NCBI RefSeq assembly: GCF_001194135.2
Contig: NC_068983.1
Location: 1,282,188-1,317,532, forward strand
Direction: 5' to 3'
From: Octopus bimaculoides
Taxonomy: Eukaryota
DNA: 35,345 nucleotides
Part shown: in pieces, positions 1 to 11,817 of the stretch
Numbering within the stretch: the first letter of the stretch is position 1
How the letters are laid out: every line of letters begins with the position of its first letter
Notes under the pieces: generated by a model
What the model saw: the letters and a program-made list of their open reading frames with translations, nothing else
Database searches by the model: none
Told to the model about the DNA's origin: nothing
Program-made: the position numbers and the translations under genes

Positions 1-14
1 ATATATACATATAT

Positions 15-172
15 ACGACGTTCTTCCATACAGTTTGCTTCACGGAAATTACTCATAAGGAATTGGACAGTCCGGCCATTTAGTAGAAAACATTTGCACA
101 ATGAACCGCACATTGACACTGAAAAGAAAGCATGTCGTTGTAAAGTGAGCTTCTCGCTTTGTGTCTCCGCCA
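15..172 (-). mobile_element. Diverged 5' half of SINE family C
   Basis: Weakly aligns by eye with the reverse complement of the head/core of copies at 19606 and 27836; adjoins a TA-rich stretch as those copies do. Confidence 0.45.
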
Positions 173-848
173 CCATAGACACAGCCATGGCTGCCTCTAT
201 GGTGACACATCTATAGAATTTGCCATCAATTTAACAGCCGCAGGTCCAACGTCAACAGCTTCCCAGTAACTGCCCCCTTTGCACCCTCTGAACGTTTCTG
301 TTGTTTCCCAGGTTTCTGTTCTTCGGTTTATATTTTCATGGCATAGAAGACTGTTCATTTTCCCAGATAATGAATACTGTCCCCTATAATTGCTGCCATC
401 AATGCAAGTTTGGTAAAAGAATCAGTCATTTTTGTAAGCACAAAGAAACAACGTATTTTTAAAGGATCGTAGTAGTAATCACACAGTATAATACACACAA
501 CATGGAAAGATTACTCTGCGTACACCATGGTGAGGAAAGAACCTGGGGTCAACTATCACAGATCGTGGAACTTGCGGGAAGAAATTCCAGTGAATCTTTG
601 ACCTAAACCAAGACCTGTACTTGTACTACTGAACGACTTGGAGTAGGTCCCTCGATAGGATACACGAAGAGGCTTAAAGAATTTGGGGATAAGAAAAACC
701 CAACAGTTTCAAATTTATCAGGAAAGCAATTAGGCCAGAATGCTGCATTTGTTGAGAAGAAATATGTCATCATACCGAACAGAATCACTCCACCAAAATG
801 CACAAATGATAATATTCGTATTAACAACACAGAAAAGTGTGTTTTTTT

Positions 849-1205
849 NNNNNNNNNNNNNNNNNNNNNNNNNNNNNNNNNNNNNNNNNNNNNNNNNNNN
901 NNNNNNNNNNNNNNNNNNNNNNNNNNNNNNNNNNNNNNNNNNNNNNNNNNNNNNNNNNNNNNNNNNNNNNNNNNNNNNNNNNNNNNNNNNNNNNNNNNNN
1001 NNNNNNNNNNNNNNNNNNNNNNNNNNNNNNNNNNNNNNNNNNNNNNNNNNNNNNNNNNNNNNNNNNNNNNNNNNNNNNNNNNNNNNNNNNNNNNNNNNNN
1101 NNNNNNNNNNNNNNNNNNNNNNNNNNNNNNNNNNNNNNNNNNNNNNNNNNNNNNNNNNNNNNNNNNNNNNNNNNNNNNNNNNNNNNNNNNNNNNNNNNNN
1201 NNNNN
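849..1205. other. Assembly gap (one of ten; the others are 3235-3244, 6954-6968, 11724-11734, 14459-14468, 17920-17929, 19027-19338, 23495-23729, 27694-27796, 32495-33348)
   Basis: N-runs, mostly abutting microsatellites, typical of short-read assembly. Confidence 0.99.
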
Positions 1206-1244
<39 letters not shown>

Positions 1245-2317
1245 CGTGCGAGCATGTGAGTGACATTAAACTTTTAAAAGGAATTTAACACTAATAAAGG
1301 AACCGCAATACTAAGAATAAAGTCGAATTTATTGTCAAATTCGTGTTGATCGGGACATTAAGTTGTTTTGTTAAATTTTTAGGCTATTAACTATTTTTAT
1401 ATTCGTTTCCTTTAATGATTCATTGTCTTTTATTCAATAGTTTCATTGTTCATTTGAACTGTGGCTCATGTGGAAGTTATTTTGTTGTTTTTAATTGTTC
1501 TGTACATCATAGTGCATGTTGTTCAGCGTTTATTCTCAATTTAAATAAAGATAATATTCACTTCGTTAAAAATATACACCGTATTGTCACTGACGAGGGA
1601 AAAGTTACCATGTGAGCATAAGAATCTTATATTAAATGAGGCAAGCTCTAAGCATTAGTATATCTCCGATCTGATGTATTTCATCATTAGTGGGACAACT
1701 GAAGAGAAAGTGAAGTATAAAAATGTGATATAAAGAGAGCAAACGTGAAAGGGAGAGAGAGAAAACGAGAGGGAAAGAGAAAGGGAGAATATGAAAAATA
1801 ATGTGATAGTGTAAACCTGAAGAGATCATCTATTTGATTATTGATGAAGAGGGGACAATTGATCTCTTTTGTAAATATATTTTAAAAGCCACTGCTACTC
1901 TAATATATTCCTAAATAGTGTGGTTACCTGAACACAATGCAAAGTCGTGTTACTAACTTACAATTCTATATATATATTGTGTAATTAAGGAAACGTTACC
2001 TGTATTTGTCTCTGTGTGGACACAAAGATGACGAGTTCAACGTAGTTGCACACAATTTTTCAAGTTAATTTGAATATCACCAGTTTTACAGTGTTCCATG
2101 CTGCTTAAAGCAATATTGTTGTACCTACCCGTGGTAATCATTTTACATCAATACGAGACAGATGGGTTTAGATTTAAATTGTTTGGGCATAAATTAAACC
2201 AAGTGCTAGTAATGTGATTCGAACTATTAATTCTTCTGTGAGTAATCTGATTGTTTATCAAGCTAGCCTCTTGATGGTGGACAGTTAGAATAGAAAGAAA
2301 CAGGTGCAAACACTTAC

Positions 2318-2453
2318 GGTGTTGTTTACAGCAGAACATCCAGCAGTGCAAGGGGAGAAATAATTCTCGCCATCAGAGCCACAAATAGGGAAATATTCTT
2401 CTGTACAATTACAAGACATTCCACATTGTTCCTTAGCAGTAGCATTTGGAAAA
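2318..2453 (-). CDS. SLCO: SLCO coding exon 6 (extracellular Kazal-like domain; 136 nt)
   Basis: Acceptor ctaatttcAG; FPNATAKEQCGMSCNCTEEYFPICGSDGENYFSPCTAGCSAVNNT; donor ACC|GTAAGT (phase 0). Confidence 0.94.
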
Positions 2454-5400
2454 CTGAAATTAGCAACATATAAAACAAGACCTTGTTTTTGATATTGTAT
2501 TTTATGTCCTACTTATTGTTATTGATATTCTAATCATACTTGTGGGTAATAAACCAAAATATATGGGTTTTATGTCCTAAATATGATAATTTGTTGACGT
2601 TATTAATTCTTTTGAAGGCGGTGAGGTGGCAGAATCTTTAGTATTTCCGGCAAAATGCTTAGGGGCATTTCGTTCCCCTAAAAGTTCTAAGTTCGAATCC
2701 CGGTGATGTGGACTTTATATTCCATCTTTTCGGGGTCGATAAAATAAGTACAAGTTCAGCATTTGTCTCAATGTAATAGAATTAGATTTTTCCCCTTCCT
2801 TGAACTTGCTGGCCTTGTGCCAAAATTTTAAATCGTTATTAGTTTTTTTAAGAATTACATGAAATATTTTCATTCTTATGTCAGAATGAAGTTGAATTAA
2901 CACTGGAACCTGGGAAAACAGTGTAGTGTATTGGCACTTGTCAATACATCAGTCGTACATTGGCTGATATATATATGAACAATGTCAGCCACATTGGCCA
3001 TACATTGGTCATACTTTGACATCAATATATCAGACCTCACATTCCGCCTGACTTCCTGACATTTGCATTAACGGAATAAAGTAAAGACAAAAGTGTCTTT
3101 GCAAACACGCAATGACGAGAATGGAATGAACAGCAATTGAATATATTTGAATTCCGAGTTCACTTGGTCGTTTCTTCTACTTCTGACCGAATGTACATGA
3201 GTGAATGTTATCCCAAGTCTACATGGTTATAACCNNNNNNNNNNTAATAACTGTGAATTTTATTATCATTAAGTTACTTAGAGGTAAGCATATTGGTCAG
3301 AATGTTATCCCTCTATAAACATTAATTAACTTCAACTCAAAAACACTTCAAGTATGTGTAGGAAGTATTTGAACATCTAAAGGTTTTTCACTGCAATTTG
3401 TCCCGTCTTTCAAGTCACGTATTTGTATACTTTCTTGCCGTGCCTCGTGTACCTACTCACGCATTTGCTCCGTCCTGGCAGTCTCAATGAGTAATTAATA
3501 GATATTATTTACTGATTCACTCTAAAGGCAGTTTTGCTTCCTTATCGACTCACAGTTATCTCTCTTATTATCTGGTGCTGAAGAGGATAAATAATTTGTG
3601 CCCATCAGTTCAATAGAAAGCGCTCTCAGCTGTCTATTGTATTTTAACAACTTTTTTCTGGAGCGAGACTTTTTCTGTACGACAAACTGCAGTGAAAAAC
3701 CTTTACAGAATCAAATATCTCTCAGACATATTCGAGGTGGTTTTAAGTTTGTATACTTTACTTTACTGTGTCGTCAAAGGATGCATAAATAAAAACTGGT
3801 TCAGAATTTTTTTAAGAAATACTCACATAAAGTGCTGGTTGGAGGCGGCAATATTATTAATTTTTATCCTGGGACACCCAAAGATGAAACTTAATCCTTC
3901 CATTCCAGCTGACAGAAAAGTAATCGCTATTTTCAGTTTCAGACAACCCTGTCGGGAGAGTTTCATCTTCGAAGTAAAAATTCCTCCAAGCAGAGTTCCA
4001 GTAGAAGCTCCGAGAACTTTTTCAATGCCTGATTACATGAGAAAATATCGATTAATAATCAATAATATTGTTTGTGGGTGAGAAGAGAGTGTGAAGTGAT
4101 ATGGCATCTTGTATTTATTGATATATGACCGGGTGGATGAGAAATTCGGTTCTCAAGTACAAGCTTTGGCGTTCGCTGATACAGTGAATCACCCTCGGAT
4201 CAGTCACGGTTTATCATGACCATGAGATGATCCAAGTACAGAAATCAGATAAATGGCCACGATATCGACTGTATGTTTAGTTGATAAAACTAACCTTGTC
4301 AAAGTCTATAAGGAGAATTTACGTCAAAACCGCAACAGCGAGCATTTCGATGTGACAGTCGTGGTATCACGTGACGATAAAAGACAACAATTTCCAGAAT
4401 TTCTTTGCACGGAAGGTGTTGTTTTGGTGGAGCAGTCACCAGTCAGTATGCACCACATAAGCCACATCCACTGTTATTGTAATGTTAAAGACAAAGATCT
4501 TGGTTCTCCTTTGCGAATGAAGAACTAAAAAGAATTGGCATTTCAATGTTTATTGAACAAAATAGAAAATGAACGATTGTGGGACGAGAGTGTAATTTCG
4601 AAACAGGTAATAAACACCGGAACCTGCGGCTAGTGATAAAAGATCGATGAATCATCAACTTGGCATTGCAGTGATTACTTCCATTGATCACATTTACCGG
4701 CCCCTCAACGGTGAAACTCTATCAGGTCATATATATACTCTACTCCACACTATTCTTCTCCATCCAGCTCGATCCGAATCAAGGGATTCTATGGCCTTTC
4801 GACCCATTCCAACTGACTTCATGGTAGTCCTTATGCCATCCTTAAACCTCATTTAAGTTTACACTGATTGCGTTTCCACTCTGAAAGCTTGCCATATAAC
4901 AGCAGTTTGGGTGTGCGTTCATCTGCCATTCGAACAATATGGCCAGACCATCTCATTTGGTTTTTCAGAATCATGTATTTTATTGAAGTGATGCCTGCAG
5001 ACGCAAAGACATCTATATCTGGAGTAAAAAAAAACACATTTAATGTTTCAAATGCGGCGAAGGCATTTTTGGTGGAATCGTTCTAACAATTTGAAATGTC
5101 TTTCATCACTCGTCCATGTTTCACAATGATTCGAAGTCTTATACCTAACGAGCCCACATAATCTTTAAATGACCACAACTCAAACACTAATAACCGGCTG
5201 CGTTTGCACCGTCTTTCATGTGTTGAATGAACTAGAATGTTCTTTTCAAATACCAGACCTAATTATGTTATTTTTGTTGCATTTCTCTTTTCGACATTTC
5301 AGAAGGAATGAGGTAGAGTCGATGTGTGATTGTTGAGCGTTTACGCACGATACGTTGGTGGAGTTAAGATGGGTGAAATGTTGGGGACTGATGGACGGTA

Positions 5401-6901
5401 TAAATGGCAAAGATAACTGGTGAAGAGTATTCCATAGTGGCTGAAAAACGTAGGAAAGAAATGGAAAGTGTGTGACTGCACATCGCAAATAGCAAAGCAT
5501 TAAACCATTGCATTCGAGATTAAAACGAATTGTATTTGTATTTCGCTACGTGTATCTCTCTACTTTTATTTATTTATTTATGTGTTTCAGCCAAGTGGCT
5601 GCGGTCATGCTGGTGCACCACCGTGTTAATTTAGTAATTTTATAATTATTATTTTTTTTAAAGTTTGGTTGTATGACTGTTATCCTGTTTAAGAATATTG
5701 CTATTGAATATTTTTGTGCCGTGGAGCAATGGTAAAATATCTGCCAATGCCATGAAGTCTTAGCAAGATTAGTCTAATCTCGTAGATTAGTAAAACCGTT
5801 AGAGCTTCGATCAAAGTGTCTGTGGTAGCTAAGTACGGCTTTTAGCGTCTGAGTTCAAATCTCTCCGGCATCTACTGAGTTTCGGGTGTCGATAAAATAA
5901 GTTTTGGTCAAATACTTTAATCGGTATTATCGACTGATTTCACCGACCAAAATGCATGGCTTTGTATCTACGTAAAAATTAAATCAAATATTTATTTCAA
6001 TATTTAACAACTGTCATGTAGGATGGCTCGTGGTAACTTTTGAATAGCTTTCCCAAGTTTTAAGCCTCTGTGGAATACTCTACCTCTGTCCTCTTTGCCA
6101 TATATACAAATGTACAGCAGTGTTACCATTCTCATACATACACACACATCTCTGTCTCTATGTCTCTTTCTTTACCCCCTCTCTCTCTCCCATATAAATA
6201 TATAAATACACAAGCATACACATGTACCCGTATACACATGCATACACATATACACATATACACATACATAAACACATGTGCGTATGCAGAAACGAAAACA
6301 TATACACTAATATACAAAAACACACACGTACACATACACACAGAAAAATACACAATCTTACGCACAAAGACGCGCATATATACATAAATGCAAGCACACA
6401 CACAGACAGCCATAGACATGCAGACGTACTATTCTCTCACAAAACTAACAAATGCATAGTAGCCACATAGTATTGTTATAATTCTTTACATACTCTACAG
6501 GCATCAATTCTCAGTCAGTACTTCCTTATCAGTTGAAATTGAAAACAAAACCAAGAAAAAGTAAAAACAACAGAAAGATAAACCGCTTACCAAGTATAAC
6601 GTTTGTCTTCCATGCAGGTGTAGTAAATTGATGTTCAATATATTTTGGTGTAAAGGTAAGAGAACCTGATATTCCAAACAGCAGTACACACACAGCCAAG
6701 AGAGACAGAACGTAGACAGGTGATCTCGTCAAACGACAGAGTGACTTGGGAAAAGCTACAACGAAAAAGGTTTCCAAAGTAAATACAAACATTAACAAAA
6801 GTTTCTTTAGTAGATTCTCACAATAACATTTTCTTCTTCCTTTTCATTTACGAAGAAACAAACCAATCAACAGAATTTCATTTACCATGTTATTGTTATT
6901 C

Positions 6902-6953
<52 letters not shown>

Positions 6954-6976
6954 NNNNNNNNNNNNNNNTCTCTCTC

Positions 6977-7075
<99 letters not shown>

Positions 7076-7076
7076 G

Positions 7077-7112
<36 letters not shown>

Positions 7113-7116
7113 ACTC

Positions 7117-7183
<67 letters not shown>

Positions 7184-10100
7184 ATATATTTACTTGCACA
7201 CACACACACACACAGACACACACACACACACAGGTATATATTCCTAAATTTAATAATTATTCTTCATCCAAACCTCTGTGATAAAATACAAACTATTTGA
7301 AGCATGAGATGATTTTATAATTATCATACACTGATTGGAATTAATTAAGTTAACCATTTTATATAATTTTCTTGATGATCTCCTGCAAACTTCAAAGAAG
7401 CAGACCTCAGACAAAAGGTCTTCTACTTGTAATTAGCCTGTCTTTCATGTTCATATAGAGTATTCAGAACTATATTGCTCATGTTAACATGTTCCTGAAG
7501 ACGCTTTCACTTATTTCCCATACGATTTGGCTGTTGTAGTAAGAACATAACTTCTTTATGGCTTCGTTTGTCTCTTGTGTATGTACAATAGACGTTGGGA
7601 TATAAAACGTTGCCTTATGATTCTACACAAAGATGGAGCCATTGTCAATGGTATCGGGCTCCCTTAAGGTGGAGTATCAGGCCTCTCTATTTTTCATAGC
7701 CAATGAATCATGAAGTTCAACCCAGGTGGCTTTCAAAACATCTGCAATTTGTTAATTAGAGTACAAATAATGCTCTAAACGTACTGTTTTATTTCTTTCT
7801 AAATCAATGCCCTTCACAAAGTTTCATGTTTACTCAAATATGGTAATATTGTGCCTCACAGCAACGATTAATATCAAGAGATATAAGTGGTCGTAAATAA
7901 TTGTAGGATCTCTAACAATACAAACCTTTCACTTTACACATCAGGCCCTTGTCATCGTGGTATTCAATGGTTTGTTTTCGGAAGTTTCTTGGGAAGAAGA
8001 ATATGGGAATGCTGAAAATGAGGGAACCGATGCCGAAAACGACGAATCCCAGCCACCAGGCACCAATCCAACGGGGATCTTTGGGGGTCAAACCAATATC
8101 TGGAATGAAATACATATTCGAATGATTTAGTTGTTATATAACAGGCGATATTTGAATTGTCTTTGTGTATTGATAACTTCACTATGGTACTTTAATGTCT
8201 AGTTTTGTTCAGTAATGTCATGTATTATACTTTAAGGTCTATTCAGAGTACACTGTTATTCTTTAATATCAGATTTTGTAAGTTAATGTCTTGTGTTGTA
8301 CTTCAATGTCTGATACTTTATCCGCCAATATTTTTTTAAGTGAAAGCGGCGAGCTGGCAGAAACGTTAGCACACCGGGCGAAATACTTAGCGGTATTTCG
8401 TTTGTCTTTCCGTTCTGAGTTCAAATTCCGCCGAGGTCGACTTTGCCTTTCGTCGTTTCCTGTTATAAGCTTCAGCATCAATATGTAAACAAGCAATCAG
8501 ACGATAGTTACAGGCCACAGTACCCTTGGATGAATCCTTTCGAATCAACACTATTCTTCCTTTGACCATCCATTCTGATATAATTCCTTGATGTGCACGC
8601 CCTTGAAGGAGTTTTTGTAGTTTAGGATGTCAATTCGTGAAAACTTTGAACCACTTCCCTGAACTGGTTCCGAGCCAGCCGTCTTCCAATTTCTCATCGT
8701 ACTAACTTGTGTGAGGTCCTTCATTACAGCTTGAAGTCCAAAATATTATCAGCTGTTTTGCACTTCCCTAACATCACATGACTTGAAAATTGTAAGTGCC
8801 GATTTGCACTGGATTTAACTTGAATTAAATTTCAGAGAAGGTGAGTTGGGAGTGTCTTCTCATTTTCTCGTGAAAGTCTGCCTTGATCTAGAAGTGAAAT
8901 GAAGTCAGGACAACGGGAGTTATGTCTGGCCAGCCAGGACTCATCTATTCAACACTGTCTCATTATGCACTTACCATTTGGTACGGTCTGAAACCTTTTT
9001 ATTCACTTTATAGTAATAGTGTGCGTGAAGTCGCATCATCGTAGTGACACCCCATACCATCCCATCCTAACGAAATTAGAGACCTTGTAGAAAAAGCAGT
9101 TTTGTTTACCATAGTCAGTAACACTTTATATTAATTGCAACTATTGGCAGTCTACCGTCAGAAACTGTCAGGAATAAGACAGCGATCCCATTGTTACGTT
9201 GGTTTTGTTGTTGTTGTTGTGGTGGTGGTGGTTATTTCATTGGTTCTCACCAATAGACATCCAGTCTCTTCACCACTTTTTTTGGACAATGGCGAGCGAT
9301 TTAAGAAAGATTTAGCTGCTATTTCTAACAGGTTTTAAAGACTACATCGGGGCATTTTGTCTGGTTTCAAATGAATGATTTTAATGCTGCTACTTAATTT
9401 GACTAATTTATGCAGCTAATTAATGAGAATTTTTAATACGGTTGCTTAACGTATAATTAACCGTATTATCACTCATAAAAGCAGAGATGTGGACGGAGAT
9501 TCAGTGATGTGTTGACTGATAAAGCTAAAAAGGGAGAGGGCATTGAAGAGACTAAAAAGGTATGGTTGGACAATTATATGTTTTAGGAAAGTAGCATTTA
9601 GAAAAGTGGCTAAAAAAATAGCTAAAATAATTCTGATTTCTCTCAGTTTATTGTTCGCTATGGTGCAGTAGATCTCTGTTCTTTTTGAAAACAATGTTAT
9701 ATTTTAATTTTCGACCATGAGTCATCTTGAACTTACCTTTCAAATCCACTGGAAGTCTACTAAAAACTCCTCCAAGCAGGAACGCCATTGAAGGTCCGAA
9801 TATTCCCATAGTCACAATGAAACCTTCAAGAGAAATAACTGAAATGATTGATCTGTCACAGCAATAATATCAGCTTCTATTGATCAAGTGCATCTTTACG
9901 AAAGGAGGTTGAGTAATTAATGAAATGCATAAAACAGATTCCACAAAAGAATGGATGGCAAATATGAAAGCAACGAAATTTGAAAAGAAGGTAACGGAGC
10001 TACTGAATGGTATTGATTGGTATGTTTATCGATCCCGTAGGAAAACAAGTCAAAGTTGACTTTTATCATTATTGGGATTTGACTGTAGACCGTGAAGAGC

Positions 10101-11734
10101 CAGAAGAAATCAGCGAAATATTTCTTCCTGGACTTTAAAGATTCTGCCATTCCCGCATAATAAGTTCCTAACATAGGCAGAAAACCTGAAATTTTAGAGA
10201 GGAAGAGGGTTGAGACAACACCAATGACCCAGTACTCGACTGGTAGTTATTTCATAGGAGGAATGCAAAACAATGCTGATCTCAGCGGTTTTTGAATTCA
10301 GAAACCAAAGAACTGGAACAATTACAGCAAAGCATTTCGCCCGATGCTCTAATGATTCTGTCAATTGACATGTTCTTGTTCTCACGCAGGCAGGATATGA
10401 CTGGAGATATTTGTGTGAAGGGAAGCCTAGCCGTTATTTTATTTTAATTTATAAGCCCTAAGAGAATGAAGAGCACAGCGAATCTCGGCGGGATTTGAAC
10501 TGAGAAGATAAAGACTTGTAAGGAGGCATTTAGACGATACTCTAAAGACTAGGCTAATCCATCAGTCCAAAGGGTTAATAAAAATAATATTGTTATCTAA
10601 CATAAACATAAGACCCGATTATTTCCTGGGTTAAAAAGTCAGATTTGACCTAAACGGTATCCACATCAGAAAGTGATTACAAAAATAGTCATTAAGCCGG
10701 GTTATAGAACAAGATAACAATTGTGGAATGGAATTTCGAATCCCGGATGAAATTATGTCATTGAAATTATGTTGTAGAAGCTGTTTGGGTAAAAGAAAAT
10801 AATGGTTTTCACACAATCCAATTTTCTTCTGAAATACGTTCTCATTTTAGCAGACAATCGCTCTATAGACGCCTCCGTCGCTTGGACTGTGACTAATTGA
10901 AAAAGACGCAGCCTTATACACTGTCACGCAATTCTTCCAAAGTATTGCATTGAAAGTACATGTGTATGAGGAATACTCAGCCACCCATTTACAGGTTCAT
11001 TCAATGAACAGGTAATACATTTGATTTAATAACTGAATGAAATCGCCGAAACGATGAAGATCTATCTATCTCTCTCAGTCTCTCTTCCTCTCTCCATCTT
11101 TCTCTACCCCCTCTCTCTCTCTATTTATCTATATACATATATTTATTTCTTTATTGCCCACCGGGGGCTAAACATAGAGGGGACAAACAAAGACAGACAA
11201 AGGGATTAAGTCGATTACATCGACCTCAGTGCGAAACTGGTACTTATTTAATCGACCCCAAAAGGATGAAAGGCAGAGTCGACTTCGGCGGAATTTGAAC
11301 TCAGAACGTAACGGCAGACAAAATACCGGTAAAGATTTCGCCCGGCGTGCAAACGTCTCTGCCAGCTCCGCCGCTACGTATATATGAGCACTCCGTCGGT
11401 TACGACGATGAGGATCCCAGCAGATGTGATCAACGGAACAGCTTGCTTGTGAAATTAACGTGCAAGTGGCTGAGCACTCCACAGACACGTGTACACTTTG
11501 TGTAGTTCTCAGGGTTATGCAGCGTGACACAAGGGCGGCCCTTTGAAATACAGGAACTACTCATTTTTGCCAGACGAGTGGACTGGAGCAACGTGAAATA
11601 AAGTGTCTTGCTCAAGGACAAAATGCGTCGCCGGGAATTGAACTCACGACCTTATGATCGCGAGCTGAATACCCGAACCACTAAGCCATGCACCTTCACA
11701 CACACACACACACACACACACACNNNNNNNNNNN

Positions 11735-11817
<83 letters not shown>

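Noticed and set aside
730-1288. Long ORFs dominated by X (also near 18812-19506, 23396-23804 and 32399-33524)
   Set aside because: Artefacts of N-gaps and dinucleotide repeats; only 18812-19026 is real (mariner) coding sequence.
1590-1612. CTGACGA as a hammerhead core
   Set aside because: No stem II hairpin and no properly placed GAAAC.
1632-1700. Acceptor-like ctttctcttcAG followed by CPTNDEIHQIGD... as the next SLCO exon
   Set aside because: The required phase-0 frame stops after three codons, and the open frame has no OATP similarity.
1940-2110. Donor-like sites GTAAGT (1961) and CAG|GTAAC (about 2000)
   Set aside because: No upstream open, OATP-like exon in phase 0.
11030-11056. ctgaatga...ccgaaacg hammerhead-like string
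   Set aside because: Explained as the decayed 3' end of SINE family B; the core and stem II are not satisfied.
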